Origin: Bacillota bacterium
GTDB lineage: Bacteria; Bacillota; Sulfobacillia; Sulfobacillales; JAIMBI01
Assembly (NCBI GenBank): GCA_021846565.1
Contig: JAJZWS010000003.1
Span: 18,335-82,334 of the forward strand
Direction of reading: 5' to 3'
DNA length: 64,000 nucleotides
A program made the translations under genes and the position numbers. Numbering within the stretch: position 1 is the first letter of the stretch; each line of letters opens with the position of its first letter. Below, in pieces: positions 1 through 9,108 of this stretch. Below the pieces are notes generated by a model. It saw only the letters and a program-made list of their open reading frames with translations. It ran no database searches and was not told where the DNA came from.

Positions 1-610
1 CGCCCTCCTGCTTGATGGACAGGATTTTCTCCATGCACTTCTTCTGAAACCCCTCGTCTCCGACCGCCAGCACCTCGTCGACGATGAGAATCTCCGGCCG
101 TACTGACGTGGCCACGGCAAACCCCAGACGGGCGTTCATTCCGGACGAATAGTACTTGACCGGGGTGTCGATAAAGTCCTCCAGCTCCGAGAAATCGACA
201 ATCTCGGGGATCTTGCCGGCAATCTCGCGCCGTGTGAGCCCCAGGATCGAGGCGTTGAGATAGATGTTTTCGCGCCCCGTAAAGTCGGGATGAAATCCCG
301 CCCCCAGCTCGATGAGCGCGGACACCTGGCCTTTCAAGCTCAGCGAGCCCGTCGTCGGACGCATGGTGCGGGTCAGGATTTTCAACAGCGTGCTTTTGCC
401 CGCGCCGTTGTGCCCGATGATGCCGAGGCTCTCCCCGAACCGGAGTTCAAACGACACGTCGTTTAGGGCCCAGAACGGCTCGGTGGTGGCTCGCTGGCCG
501 CCGCGAAAAGGGACCATGCGATAAAGCAGCTGGCCGACGCTGTCGGCCCGATCTTTCTTCAGCTGAAAGCGCTTGGAGACGTGGTTGCAGGTGACCGCGA
601 CGTCGCCCAT
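1..610 (-). CDS. Polysaccharide/teichoic-acid type ABC exporter ATP-binding protein (Wzt/TagH-like), partial; the C-terminus lies beyond the window start
   Basis: Not in the ORF track because it runs off the edge. My minus-strand translation from the ATG at 610 reads MGDVAVTCNHVSKRFQLKK... It carries Walker A GHNGAGKST, a signature-like YSSGMNARLGF and Walker B ILIVDEVLAVGD. The start overlaps the stop of the upstream permease (TGATG). Confidence 0.85.
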   Translation of the reverse strand, partial: MGDVAVTCNHVSKRFQLKKDRADSVGQLLYRMVPFRGGQRATTEPFWALNDVSFELRFGESLGIIGHNGAGKSTLLKILTRTMRPTTGSLSLKGQVSALIELGAGFHPDFTGRENIYLNASILGLTRREIAGKIPEIVDFSELEDFIDTPVKYYSSGMNARLGFAVATSVRPEILIVDEVLAVGDEGFQKKCMEKILSIKQEG

Positions 611-1434
611 CACATCACCTCCGCAAACAGCGGCTCGATCCGCTTGAACAGCCGCAACCCCGCCGCGTAGACCAACACGGTCCACAGCACCGCAAACCAA
701 AGGTACAGCGGATGACCGATCTGTCCGGTGAACAAAAGGTCCTTCTCCGCCGAAATCATCGCACCAATCGGGTTGACGTAAAAGACCAGCCGCAGTTCCG
801 CCGGGGCGCTGGAGGGATGAAACATCACGGGCGACATGTACATCCACACCATCAGCAGCAGGCCAATGAGCTGGCTCATGTCTCGATACAGCACGTTTAA
901 CGCCGAGGTGATAAACGCGATGCCCAACGTGAACACCACCTGCAGCAGCAGGATGGGGGCGATGAGCAGAAAGCCGGTCCAGTGCAGCGGCACCCGGTAC
1001 AGCGCAAAAAACACCAGCAAGATCACTAGACCAAACGCGAAGTCGATCATGCGGGCCAGCACGGCCGCGGTCGGCAGCACCACCCGGGGGAAGTACAGCT
1101 TGGCCAACAGCTGTGCGTTCCCGGTCACGCTCGAGGTGGCGGAGTAGACGCCATTGTTGAAGAAGTTCCAAAATGTGAGCCCGGATAGGAGAAACACCAC
1201 GTACGGGATCGGCTTGGACGTCGCGTGAAAGATGTCCTGGAACACAAATGAAAAAATCAGCGCCGTCACCAGCGGGTTGATCAAGGTCCAGTACAGGCCC
1301 AACAGCGAATGCTTGTATCGGGTTTCGACGTCGCGCACCGCCAGGTTGCGAATGAGTTCCACCCACCGCAGGATGTCGTGCGGCAGTATGCGCTCCAACA
1401 CGGTCAGCCGATCTCCGGTGGTGGCCACGGCCAT
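610..1434 (-). CDS. ABC-2 type polysaccharide export permease (Wzm/TagG-like)
   Basis: ORF 610..1491, trimmed to MAVATTGD (ATG at 1434), which abuts the stop of the upstream gene. Multi-TM protein with RYKHSLLGLYWTLINPL, typical of ABC-2 permeases. Coupled to the ATPase gene. Confidence 0.8.
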   Translation of the reverse strand: MAVATTGDRLTVLERILPHDILRWVELIRNLAVRDVETRYKHSLLGLYWTLINPLVTALIFSFVFQDIFHATSKPIPYVVFLLSGLTFWNFFNNGVYSATSSVTGNAQLLAKLYFPRVVLPTAAVLARMIDFAFGLVILLVFFALYRVPLHWTGFLLIAPILLLQVVFTLGIAFITSALNVLYRDMSQLIGLLLMVWMYMSPVMFHPSSAPAELRLVFYVNPIGAMISAEKDLLFTGQIGHPLYLWFAVLWTVLVYAAGLRLFKRIEPLFAEVM

Positions 1435-1435
1435 G

Positions 1436-2761
1436 TTAGAGCCCCCTCTCTTGATGCGGCAGGTAAAACACCCACATGCCCTCATAGGCATACTTGATCT
1501 TGGCCTCGCGCTTCAAGCGCGCCAGCACGGGCGGCAGGGCACCGGCCGGAATGGACGCCGTGTACGTGCTGTCCACCACGACGTAGCTGCCGCGCGGCCA
1601 GACTTTCGCGGTGATGAACGGCAGGACCTCCCCCCGATCCGCCAGGTGGGCGGCGGTGTACGGCACGGCCACCACCGGCGCGTGCGGGGGAACCACGGCC
1701 AGCGCGTCCGCGACCGCGGTGAGCTGGCCCACCGGAGGTCCGTCGTGGCGCAGCCCCGCCTCGTGCCCCAGAAAGACGATGAACATCAGCACATACACGG
1801 CCAGCGACAGGCGCGACCAGCGCAGGAACCGCCCATCGGCCACAGTGGCCGCCAGCGCCATAAGCAAAAATGGCGCCGCCATCGCACTGCCGACGGCAAA
1901 CGGGGAGGTGGCGGCCGCGGTGCCCACCCACAGGTTCAGCGCCATCACGCCCAGCGCGGGCACCAGCCACACGGTACCGCGCGACACCCCGAACACCAGC
2001 ACCGGGGCCAACAGATACCCGAGGTACAGCAGGGCGTGGCTGCCCGCCGCGGCCACCGAAAACGGATGGGAGGGAAGCCCCAAGAGACCCGAAAGCCCCA
2101 CGCCGGTGGCTGATCGCGCCACGAGCGCGGCGGCCACGGCCCACAGCGCGGCGGCGGCGCCCGCGGTGGGCTGGTGGCGCAGCGCCAGCACCAACCCCAA
2201 CAGCAGAGCGACCGGCAGCACCGTGTAGCCGCACAGGAGCCCTGCCGTGAGCGCCACCAGCCCGGCGGCCACGCGTCGCCGGTCCAGCAGCGTGGCCGCG
2301 GCCATCAGCGCGGGCACGGCCAGCACCACGGGGTGCAGGTCTTGCGCCACCATGCCCCAAAGCAGGGTGGACATGAGATAGGCCCACCCCACGATGCGCC
2401 GACGCGGCCAGGGCACGGCTTCGGCGACCAGCCAGTCGTCGAGGTAGACAAACCCGATGCCCACCGCCACGGCCTGCAGCACCAGCACCAGCCCAAGTCC
2501 GCCAAACGCCATGACGTAAGCCATGGGCAACAGGATCAAGGGGCCGTGCAGCCCCAAAATCGGCTGCCCGGACCAAGACGAGACGGCCCACGGCCCCCGC
2601 TCCGCTAGCGCGTGAAGCGCCTGCACATAGTAGGGCAGCGACGTGCCACTGCGAAACAGCTCGTAGCGCACGAGCGACACCAGGCCGGTCAGGGCCGCCA
2701 CAGCCACGGCCACCACCACGCGCCAGGCGGCCGATCCCTGGTATTCCTCGGGCGGCATCAT
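1436..2761 (-). CDS. Polytopic membrane protein, tentatively DUF2079-like (glycan-cluster associated)
   Basis: ORF 1436..2989, trimmed to MMPPEEYQG (ATG at 2761) behind a GGGGGAAAGGGGG RBS. About 10 hydrophobic segments. The region GLHGPLILLPMAYVMAFGGLGLVLVLQAVAV resembles DUF2079 proteins from memory only. Confidence 0.55.
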   Translation of the reverse strand: MMPPEEYQGSAAWRVVVAVAVAALTGLVSLVRYELFRSGTSLPYYVQALHALAERGPWAVSSWSGQPILGLHGPLILLPMAYVMAFGGLGLVLVLQAVAVGIGFVYLDDWLVAEAVPWPRRRIVGWAYLMSTLLWGMVAQDLHPVVLAVPALMAAATLLDRRRVAAGLVALTAGLLCGYTVLPVALLLGLVLALRHQPTAGAAAALWAVAAALVARSATGVGLSGLLGLPSHPFSVAAAGSHALLYLGYLLAPVLVFGVSRGTVWLVPALGVMALNLWVGTAAATSPFAVGSAMAAPFLLMALAATVADGRFLRWSRLSLAVYVLMFIVFLGHEAGLRHDGPPVGQLTAVADALAVVPPHAPVVAVPYTAAHLADRGEVLPFITAKVWPRGSYVVVDSTYTASIPAGALPPVLARLKREAKIKYAYEGMWVFYLPHQERGL

Positions 2762-2998
2762 GGATTTCGCCCCCTTTCCCCCGCTGCCGCCTCGCGCGGG
2801 CCCGCCCGTGACCGTGAGCGGGCACGCTACAGCGGCGCGGCCACGGCGCGCGCTTGCGGATTCATGCCGGTTGCCGTTCGCTGGATAGGGAGGTCGCCCC
2901 CGTCGCCATCGATAGCCAAAAACGTTCCAGGATGCGCGTGCCTCCGGCCGGCCCGTGCGAATCCGGGTAATGCGTGCCGATTGTAGCATGCACCCGCC

Positions 2999-4141
2999 TT
3001 ACCCTCCAGGGATATCGCTAGGCATCGCGCCAGCGGCTGCCACTTGGCGGTAGACCGCCCATGTGCCCTCAATCGTGTGTGGCCACGTATATTGGGCGGC
3101 TGCTCGCTGCCCGCGGGCTGCGAGGTTGGCGGCCCAGTCGGGGTCGTTCCGCAGCCGGTCGAGGGCGGCACGCCATGGGGCCGGGTCGTGCGGGTCGAGC
3201 GGCCATGCCCCCCCCGCCGTCACCTCGTCGGTCGACGTGCCTTTGGCCACGAGGGTGGGAACTCCCGCCGCCATGGCGTCGAGCGCGGGCAGTCCAAATC
3301 CTTCGTACAGTGAAGGATACAGAAAGGCGAGGCTGCCAGCCAATAGCCCTTGACGGATCGCGTCGCTGACAAAACCCGCCACCGCGACATGGGGATGATG
3401 ACTGGCCGCCACGGCCGCGCGGCGCAACGCTTGGGGCTCGAATCCCACCAGCGCGAGGGAGGTTGGGGCCGGCGCCGCAAACACCCGCCACAGCAACTCG
3501 ACGTTCTTCCGGGCGTCCTGCGCTCCCAGGGCAAACGCATACGGTCGTTCCACGCCCAGCTGGGCGGCAGCCGACCGGTCAGGCGCGCCGCCAGGAGGCG
3601 TGGCCGCCAGCGGCACCACCGCCATCCGATCCGGGGGGATGGCGAGCGTGGCGGCAATGTCCCGCCGCGCGTGTTCGGACACCGTGATGATGGCCGCGGC
3701 CGCCCGTGCGGAGGCGGCCATCGCCCGCATGCGGTAGAGCCGCGACATCCGGTGCCGCGGCGTCAGACGGTCGGCAAATGCTTCTCCCCGATGCCATTCG
3801 ATGACGTCGTGCAACGTCAGCACCAGCGGCCGCTCCCCTGCGGGCGGCCCGATGTTGGCGGTTCCATGCACCAGATCGCAGTGGTGGGTCCGGAGCGCGC
3901 GTGGCCACGCCCACTGCTCCCAGACCGCGAAAGGCCGGGCGGACAGGGAAACGAACGTGAGTCGTGGTCCCACCAGGGAGCGCATCACGTCGGGATCGGC
4001 ACGACCGTCCACAAACGCGACGCAGGTGAAGTCGTCGGGCGGCGTCGTCTGCCACGCGGTCAGCAATTGGTGGACGTACACGCCAATCCCGCGCCGATGG
4101 GTCAGCACGCCGTACCGGGCGTCCAAGCCTACGCGCAGCAT
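2999..4141 (-). CDS. Glycosyltransferase family 4 (GT-B, group 1)
   Basis: 380-aa ORF. The N-terminus MLRVGLDARYG...RGIGVY and the C-terminal EGFGLPALDAMAAGVPTLV (EX7E-type motif) are typical of GT4. Confidence 0.8.
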   Translation of the reverse strand: MLRVGLDARYGVLTHRRGIGVYVHQLLTAWQTTPPDDFTCVAFVDGRADPDVMRSLVGPRLTFVSLSARPFAVWEQWAWPRALRTHHCDLVHGTANIGPPAGERPLVLTLHDVIEWHRGEAFADRLTPRHRMSRLYRMRAMAASARAAAAIITVSEHARRDIAATLAIPPDRMAVVPLAATPPGGAPDRSAAAQLGVERPYAFALGAQDARKNVELLWRVFAAPAPTSLALVGFEPQALRRAAVAASHHPHVAVAGFVSDAIRQGLLAGSLAFLYPSLYEGFGLPALDAMAAGVPTLVAKGTSTDEVTAGGAWPLDPHDPAPWRAALDRLRNDPDWAANLAARGQRAAAQYTWPHTIEGTWAVYRQVAAAGAMPSDIPGG

Positions 4142-4150
4142 GTCAGACGG

Positions 4151-5281
4151 TCATGTCCGGCAGGCGTCTTGGTACACGACCACGGTTTCGCGCGCCGTGC
4201 GGTTCCACGAGAGCGCGCGCGCATACGCCACATGCTCGGCCGCCACCTGGCGAAAGGCCGGCGGGTCAGCGAGGACGCGCGACAAGATGGCGGCGATGCT
4301 GTCCGTGTCCATCGGGTTGACGTACAGCGCGTGGCCGCCGGTCGTGTCTTCCATGACCGTGTTGGCGGACGTCACCACGGGCGTGCCCAGCGCCATCGCC
4401 TCCAGCACCGGCAGGCCGAATCCCTCGTAGAGGGACACGTAGCACAGCGCGGCGGCCCCCTGCAGCAGCAGCGGCACCTCGTCTGCGGGCACATAGTCCA
4501 GCACCTGTACGCCCGGCGTGCGCGCCACCACATGGTCTAGGGCGGCAGTGCCAAACCCCGCCGCTCCGACCAGCAGCAGGGTGGCGCGGGGATGCTGGCG
4601 CCGGGCGATGTTAAAGGCCGTCACCAGGCGCACCAGGTTCTTGCGCGGCTCGCGGGTGCCCACGAACACCAGATACGGATCGACGATCCCGCGCCGGCGG
4701 CGCCAGGCGTCTAATACCGGTGGGGGCTGGGGACGGAACCGGGCGGCATCGACCCCCAGCCCAACCGCCACGATGCGCCGGGCGTCCACCCGCGACAGTC
4801 CAAAGTGGCCGACGATTTCCTGCCGCACCCGGGCCGACACCGCGATGACGCGGTCTGCGTGGCGCACCGCCCACGGCAGCATGCGCTCCAGGTAGCGGCG
4901 GTTTTCGGCATTGGCCCACTCAGGCATCGTGAGCGCCGCCAAATCATGAATGGTCACCACGGTGGGGCAGGGGGCCCACCGGGGGAGCGTGAATGTAGGC
5001 GAGTGGTACAGTTGCGGCCGCTGGCGCCAGAGCCCCGCCACCAGCGCCGTCTGCTGCCAGGGCAGTCCCGGCCAGCGCCGCTCCCTATGCACCGTAACGT
5101 GATCCGCTGCGACCAGGGCGCTCGCCGCAGGCACCAGGGCGCTCTCGGTGTAGAGGTGAAGATTGACCAGCGGGGCCAAGTGCCGCGTCAGCTCGCGGGT
5201 GTAATACCCCACACCGGTGGGCTGCTCGTCGGACAACAGCAGGCGGGCATCCAAACCGACGGTGAGGCGTGTTCGGCCCAT
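4151..5281 (-). CDS. Glycosyltransferase family 4 (GT-B, group 1)
   Basis: 376-aa ORF with LTVGLDARLL...TGVGYYTREL and YEGFGLPVLEAMALGTPVVTS. Paralogue of the neighbouring GT4. Confidence 0.8.
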   Translation of the reverse strand: MGRTRLTVGLDARLLLSDEQPTGVGYYTRELTRHLAPLVNLHLYTESALVPAASALVAADHVTVHRERRWPGLPWQQTALVAGLWRQRPQLYHSPTFTLPRWAPCPTVVTIHDLAALTMPEWANAENRRYLERMLPWAVRHADRVIAVSARVRQEIVGHFGLSRVDARRIVAVGLGVDAARFRPQPPPVLDAWRRRRGIVDPYLVFVGTREPRKNLVRLVTAFNIARRQHPRATLLLVGAAGFGTAALDHVVARTPGVQVLDYVPADEVPLLLQGAAALCYVSLYEGFGLPVLEAMALGTPVVTSANTVMEDTTGGHALYVNPMDTDSIAAILSRVLADPPAFRQVAAEHVAYARALSWNRTARETVVVYQDACRT

Positions 5282-6583
5282 TTATGCCCCTTGGCCGGGT
5301 TGGCGCGGCCCGCCGCCCAGCGCCGTGCGCACCATGAGGACGAGGTCCTGCAGCAGGTTGTGGCGTTTGGCGTAGTAAAGGTCAAAGGCGGCCTTGTGTT
5401 CTGGGGGGGTGTAATAGTCTCCCAACATCTGGGCGGCCCCGGTAAGGCCCGCGGGCAACTCGTGGCGGAGATCATAGTACGGAATGTCCGTCCGAAACTG
5501 GTTGACGAAAGCGGGACGCTCGGGGCGCGGGCCCACCAAGGACATCTCGCCGCGCACAATGTTCCACAGTTGGGGCAGTTCGTCCAAGTGGCTCGCGCGC
5601 AGCACACGGCCCAGCGGCGTCACCCGGGGATCGTCCAAGCCAGCCAGGACAGGCCCGGACTGACGCTCGGCGTCGCCGCGCATAGTGCGAAACTTGACCA
5701 GCCGAAACACGCGTCCGCCGACGGTGACGCGCTCCTGCCAGTACAACACGGGGCCAGGGGACGTCGTGCGCACCATGAGGGCGATGACCGCCATCAAGGG
5801 GGACAGCACCACTAGGCCCAACCCGGCCAGCACAATGTCCGCCAGACGCTTGACGACCAGCGAGCCGCGCGTCATGCGCACCGGCGGCAATTCCAAAAAA
5901 GGTGTGCCGGCCAAGGCAGTGAGCTCCGCCCCGGCGGCCAGCAAGTCGTATTGATTGGGCGTCCAAAGGCAAGGCACGTCATGCTTCAGGCAGGCAATGA
6001 AATATTGCTCTTTTAAGGCCAACGGCACGTCGCGGCTCAGAAGCACCAGGCCGTAGCGGCCCAGGTCGCCGGGCGCTGCGGCAAATGTCCGGTGCTCGAC
6101 CGCGATGCGCGGCAGATATTGGCCTGCGCGCCGCGTCATGAGGTCGTTTTCGGCGGGTGGGGAGACGGCCAGCACGTTCGTCGTGGGGGCGTCGCGGAGC
6201 GTGAGCGATCGGTGCAACCGGCGCCACACAAGAAACACGGGCACCTGCAAGACCGCGGAGATGAGAAACACGGATCGGGGAAACCCGATGGTGGTGGCCA
6301 AAAACGTAATGGCCAGGGTGACAAAGGCATTCACCAGAACGGCCGTCCCCACGGCTTGAGACAAGTCCTGGGCGGGCTGCCGGTACGGTCGGTACAAGCC
6401 ATAGATGCCGAAAATAATCACGAGCGCCAGGGCGTCCCACCAAAACAGGCTCAAGTACGCGTCCCAGTTGTACGCGGGCGGAAAATGGCCGAACCGCAAC
6501 AAAAACGCCAAGGTGGTCACCGCGTTCAGCAGCACCACGTCGATCACGGGCAGCAGCACGCGCGTCACGCCCGCAAATCGCAT
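5282..6583 (-). CDS. Polyprenyl-phosphate glycosylphosphotransferase (WbaP/EpsL-type bacterial sugar transferase), initiating enzyme
   Basis: 433-aa ORF with N-terminal TM segments and a C-terminal catalytic domain: KRLADIVLAGLGLVVLSPLMAVIALMVRTTSPGPVLYWQERV...FRLVKFRTM...DELPQLWNIVRGEMSLVGPRPERP. Confidence 0.85.
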   Translation of the reverse strand: MRFAGVTRVLLPVIDVVLLNAVTTLAFLLRFGHFPPAYNWDAYLSLFWWDALALVIIFGIYGLYRPYRQPAQDLSQAVGTAVLVNAFVTLAITFLATTIGFPRSVFLISAVLQVPVFLVWRRLHRSLTLRDAPTTNVLAVSPPAENDLMTRRAGQYLPRIAVEHRTFAAAPGDLGRYGLVLLSRDVPLALKEQYFIACLKHDVPCLWTPNQYDLLAAGAELTALAGTPFLELPPVRMTRGSLVVKRLADIVLAGLGLVVLSPLMAVIALMVRTTSPGPVLYWQERVTVGGRVFRLVKFRTMRGDAERQSGPVLAGLDDPRVTPLGRVLRASHLDELPQLWNIVRGEMSLVGPRPERPAFVNQFRTDIPYYDLRHELPAGLTGAAQMLGDYYTPPEHKAAFDLYYAKRHNLLQDLVLMVRTALGGGPRQPGQGA

Positions 6584-6635
6584 TGGGTCACCCCACTCGC
6601 CTGTCTGCCGCCTGTGCCGCAGATTTTAGGCCTAG

Positions 6636-6641
6636 TATAAT
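6636..6641 (+). promoter_or_regulatory. Candidate -10 element (TATAAT, preceded by TAG) in the divergent intergenic region
   Basis: A perfect TATAAT lies in the 288-bp gap between the divergent glycan genes. I found no convincing -35. The complementary strand offers TATACT at 6639..6634, so the direction is ambiguous. Confidence 0.3.
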
Positions 6642-6822
6642 CGACAGCAATCGCCCCCGGGCGGAGTAAAAACTGACACCCGTCGCATTCTGGGTCGCTC
6701 GGTCCGATCCTGTCTGAAGAACGTGCGGCCGTCCCCGTCGGTTGCAGGCCGTGAGGATCATGGCGGCGGGTGCAGGACCCGCGGCAAGAACCGAGGCGTC
6801 GGGTCAGTCGGTCGTCAACAGG

Positions 6823-6854
6823 TCGATGGGTCGATGGGTCGATGGGTCGATGGG
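6823..6854. repeat. Perfect tandem repeat, 4 x 8 bp (TCGATGGG), directly abutting the RBS of the glycosyltransferase gene at 6871
   Basis: Read directly: ...caacagg TCGATGGG TCGATGGG TCGATGGG TCGATGGG aggaaagaaggcgcacATG. Confidence 0.95.
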
Positions 6855-6870
6855 AGGAAAGAAGGCGCAC

Positions 6871-7998
6871 ATGCGCGTCCTGGAGGTGGTGACCGGCGGC
6901 GAGCCGGGCGGAGCCCAGCGGCACGTAGCCGACGTGACCCAGGGGCTTCGGGCGGCCGGTCACGACGTGCGGGTGGTTCACGGAGGCGGCCGCTGGCTCC
7001 AAACCGTCGTGGGTCCCACCGACTATCTGCCCACCCTCACCCGGTCCGTGCACCCGCGCGCCGATTGGGCCGCCTACAGGAGCCTGTTGGTTCTCATCGC
7101 CCGCTATCGGCCTTCCGTGGTGCATGCCCACAGCTCGAAGGCCGGGCTGTTGGCCCGGCTCGCGGCGGGCACCGGGGGCGTGCCGGCCGTGTACACGGCG
7201 CATGGCTTTGTGTTCACCGATCCCACGCGGCCCGTCTGGGAGCGGGCTCTCTACCGGGCCGTGGAGGGGTGGGCGGGCCGTGGATCGGCCGCGGTCATCA
7301 CCATAAGCGCCCGCGATGCCGCCTGGGCGCGGGCGGCCGGCATCCCGCGGGTCGAGCCCATTGTCAACGGGGTCGCGGTGCCCCGGGCCGCGTGGACTCC
7401 GCCGCCGGGCCCGCCGTGGCGGGTGGGCTTTCTCTCGCGTTTCAGCGCCGAAAAGGGCTTTGGCGTCCTCATCCGGGCGATGGCGAGGGCCGGTCCGTCG
7501 TATAAGTTGGTGGTGGGCGGCGACGGTCCGCTGGCTGCCCGGTATCGCGCCGCCGCGGCTCGGGCGGGCCTCAGCGCGACGTTCTTGGGATGGCAGGCGG
7601 ATGCCTCCGACTTTTTTGCCCAGGTGCACGCGCTGGCCATCCCTTCGTGGAAAGAGGGCCTCCCGTACACGCTGTTGGATGCGCTGGCCTTGGGTGTGCC
7701 CACGGTGGTCACCGATGTGGGCGCCATGGGGGACGTGGTGCGTCCGCTGGATCCTCGCCTGGTTGTGCCAGCGGGCGATCCAAAGTCCCTTACAATAGCG
7801 TTGGCGGCGGCAGTGGAGCAGGCGACAACAGGCGCCCTGTCGTTTACGGACGCGGCGCGCACACACATGGCACGGCATTTTGACGTGAGGCGCATGGTTG
7901 CGCGGACCACCGCCGTGCTGGAGGAGGCCGGTCATGAGCAACAGCACCCGCGCCGTGGTCCTGACGGCCGTGGACCCGGCGGCTCCCCGCCAGGGTGA
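6871..7998 (+). CDS. Glycosyltransferase family 4
   Basis: ORF 6742..7998, trimmed to MRVLEVVTGGEPGGAQRHV (ATG at 6871, RBS GGGAGGAAAGAAGG). C-terminal KEGLPYTLLDALALGVPTVVTDVGAMGDVV. The 3' end overlaps the next gene by 65 nt. Confidence 0.8.
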   Translation: MRVLEVVTGGEPGGAQRHVADVTQGLRAAGHDVRVVHGGGRWLQTVVGPTDYLPTLTRSVHPRADWAAYRSLLVLIARYRPSVVHAHSSKAGLLARLAAGTGGVPAVYTAHGFVFTDPTRPVWERALYRAVEGWAGRGSAAVITISARDAAWARAAGIPRVEPIVNGVAVPRAAWTPPPGPPWRVGFLSRFSAEKGFGVLIRAMARAGPSYKLVVGGDGPLAARYRAAAARAGLSATFLGWQADASDFFAQVHALAIPSWKEGLPYTLLDALALGVPTVVTDVGAMGDVVRPLDPRLVVPAGDPKSLTIALAAAVEQATTGALSFTDAARTHMARHFDVRRMVARTTAVLEEAGHEQQHPRRGPDGRGPGGSPPG

Positions 7999-9037
7999 CC
8001 AGTGGCGGGCCTGGGCCTTGTGGCAGGGACTGGCCGATGTTTTTGACGTGACGCTGCTGCAGTGGGGCGGGTCCACTGCGGGGACCCACCCTGTGTTTGC
8101 GCTGCCGGATCCGACGCGCCGGCGTGCGCGCTGGCGTCAGCTGGCCCACCGGCGCTTTCCGCTGGCCACGGCCCCGTATCGTGAGCACTTTCCAGACGTC
8201 GAGGGTGCATATGACGTGGTGGCTGCCTTTCAGCTGAAGTGTGCGTACTGGGCGCTGGCGGTGCCGGGGCGCTTTCATCTCCTGGACCTCACGGACAGCC
8301 TGGGCCTTTATCTCTCGGAGTTCATGGTGTGGGAGTGGTCTCCGCATCGCGTGGGGCTGTTGGGGGTGGGTCCCGAAGAGGTGCGGCTGGCCCGCCAGTT
8401 CGACGAGGTGTGGGTGGCGGCGGCGCGGGACGCGGACTGGCTCCGCGAGCGGGGCGTTGGCCATGTGCGCGTGGTGGAGAACGGCGTGCCCCGCGTGAAG
8501 CCGCTGCCCCCGGCGGACCCGGCCCAGCTGTTGTTTGTGGGCAATCTGGAGTATGCCCCGAACCGTATGGGGCTTTCGCACTTTTTGGAGCAGTTGTGGC
8601 CCGTGCTGCTGCGCCAGCACTTTCACCTCACGCTGGTGGGCCGGGGCACCGAGCGCGTCCGACGGCCCGGGCTCACGGGCCGGGGACTGTTGGATGCCGA
8701 CGAATTGGAGCAGTGCTACCGTGAGGCCGGGGTGGTGGTGGCGCCGATTTTGGTGGGTGCGGGGACGCCCACGAAGGTGTTGGAGGGGCTCGCCTATGGT
8801 CGACCCGTGGTGGGGTGGCGTGTGGGGTTGGGGGGGTTGTCGCCCGCGCAGCGCGGCGCCGTGCTGAGCATGCGGTCCCAATCGGATTGGTTTCACACCC
8901 TGGCGGAGCTTCGCGAGCCGTCGGTGTGGGCGGAGCGTGCAGGCCGGGGGCCGCGCACCGTCAAGCCGTGGGGGCGGGCCGCGGCCGACGCGGCCCGCCA
9001 CATCCCTGACTCGACAAGTTCCGACGAACCGGTCTAG
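7934..9037 (+). CDS. Glycosyltransferase, group 1-like (GT-B)
   Basis: ORF 7898..9037, trimmed to MSNSTRAVVLTAVDP (ATG at 7934 behind GGAGGAGG). LLFVGNLEYAPNRMGL and VVVAPILVGAGTPTKVLEGLAYGRPVVG resemble GT1 C-terminal domains. Confidence 0.7.
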   Translation: MSNSTRAVVLTAVDPAAPRQGDQWRAWALWQGLADVFDVTLLQWGGSTAGTHPVFALPDPTRRRARWRQLAHRRFPLATAPYREHFPDVEGAYDVVAAFQLKCAYWALAVPGRFHLLDLTDSLGLYLSEFMVWEWSPHRVGLLGVGPEEVRLARQFDEVWVAAARDADWLRERGVGHVRVVENGVPRVKPLPPADPAQLLFVGNLEYAPNRMGLSHFLEQLWPVLLRQHFHLTLVGRGTERVRRPGLTGRGLLDADELEQCYREAGVVVAPILVGAGTPTKVLEGLAYGRPVVGWRVGLGGLSPAQRGAVLSMRSQSDWFHTLAELREPSVWAERAGRGPRTVKPWGRAAADAARHIPDSTSSDEPV

Positions 9038-9108
9038 CATGGTTCCGAACGCACCAGGCGGCTGACGGCCCGGGCCGGGTCCAGAGGGCTCTGGTTGGAG
9101 TGGAATGA

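Noticed and set aside
312-524. 70-aa plus-strand ORF at the window start
   Set aside because: It is antisense to the Wzt-type ATPase gene, whose Walker A/B and signature motifs are unambiguous.
6823-6854. Tandem repeat considered as a CRISPR or a coding repeat
   Set aside because: The units are only 8 bp, contiguous and without spacers, and no cas genes are present. The repeat lies upstream of the best-supported start codon, so it is treated as a non-coding simple sequence repeat.
6565-8076. 503-aa minus-strand ORF spanning the divergent intergenic region and the GT4 gene
   Set aside because: It is Arg/Pro/Gly/His-rich, has no RBS and no recognisable domain. It runs antisense to a glycosyltransferase with clear motifs. 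This is the typical long shadow ORF of high-GC DNA.
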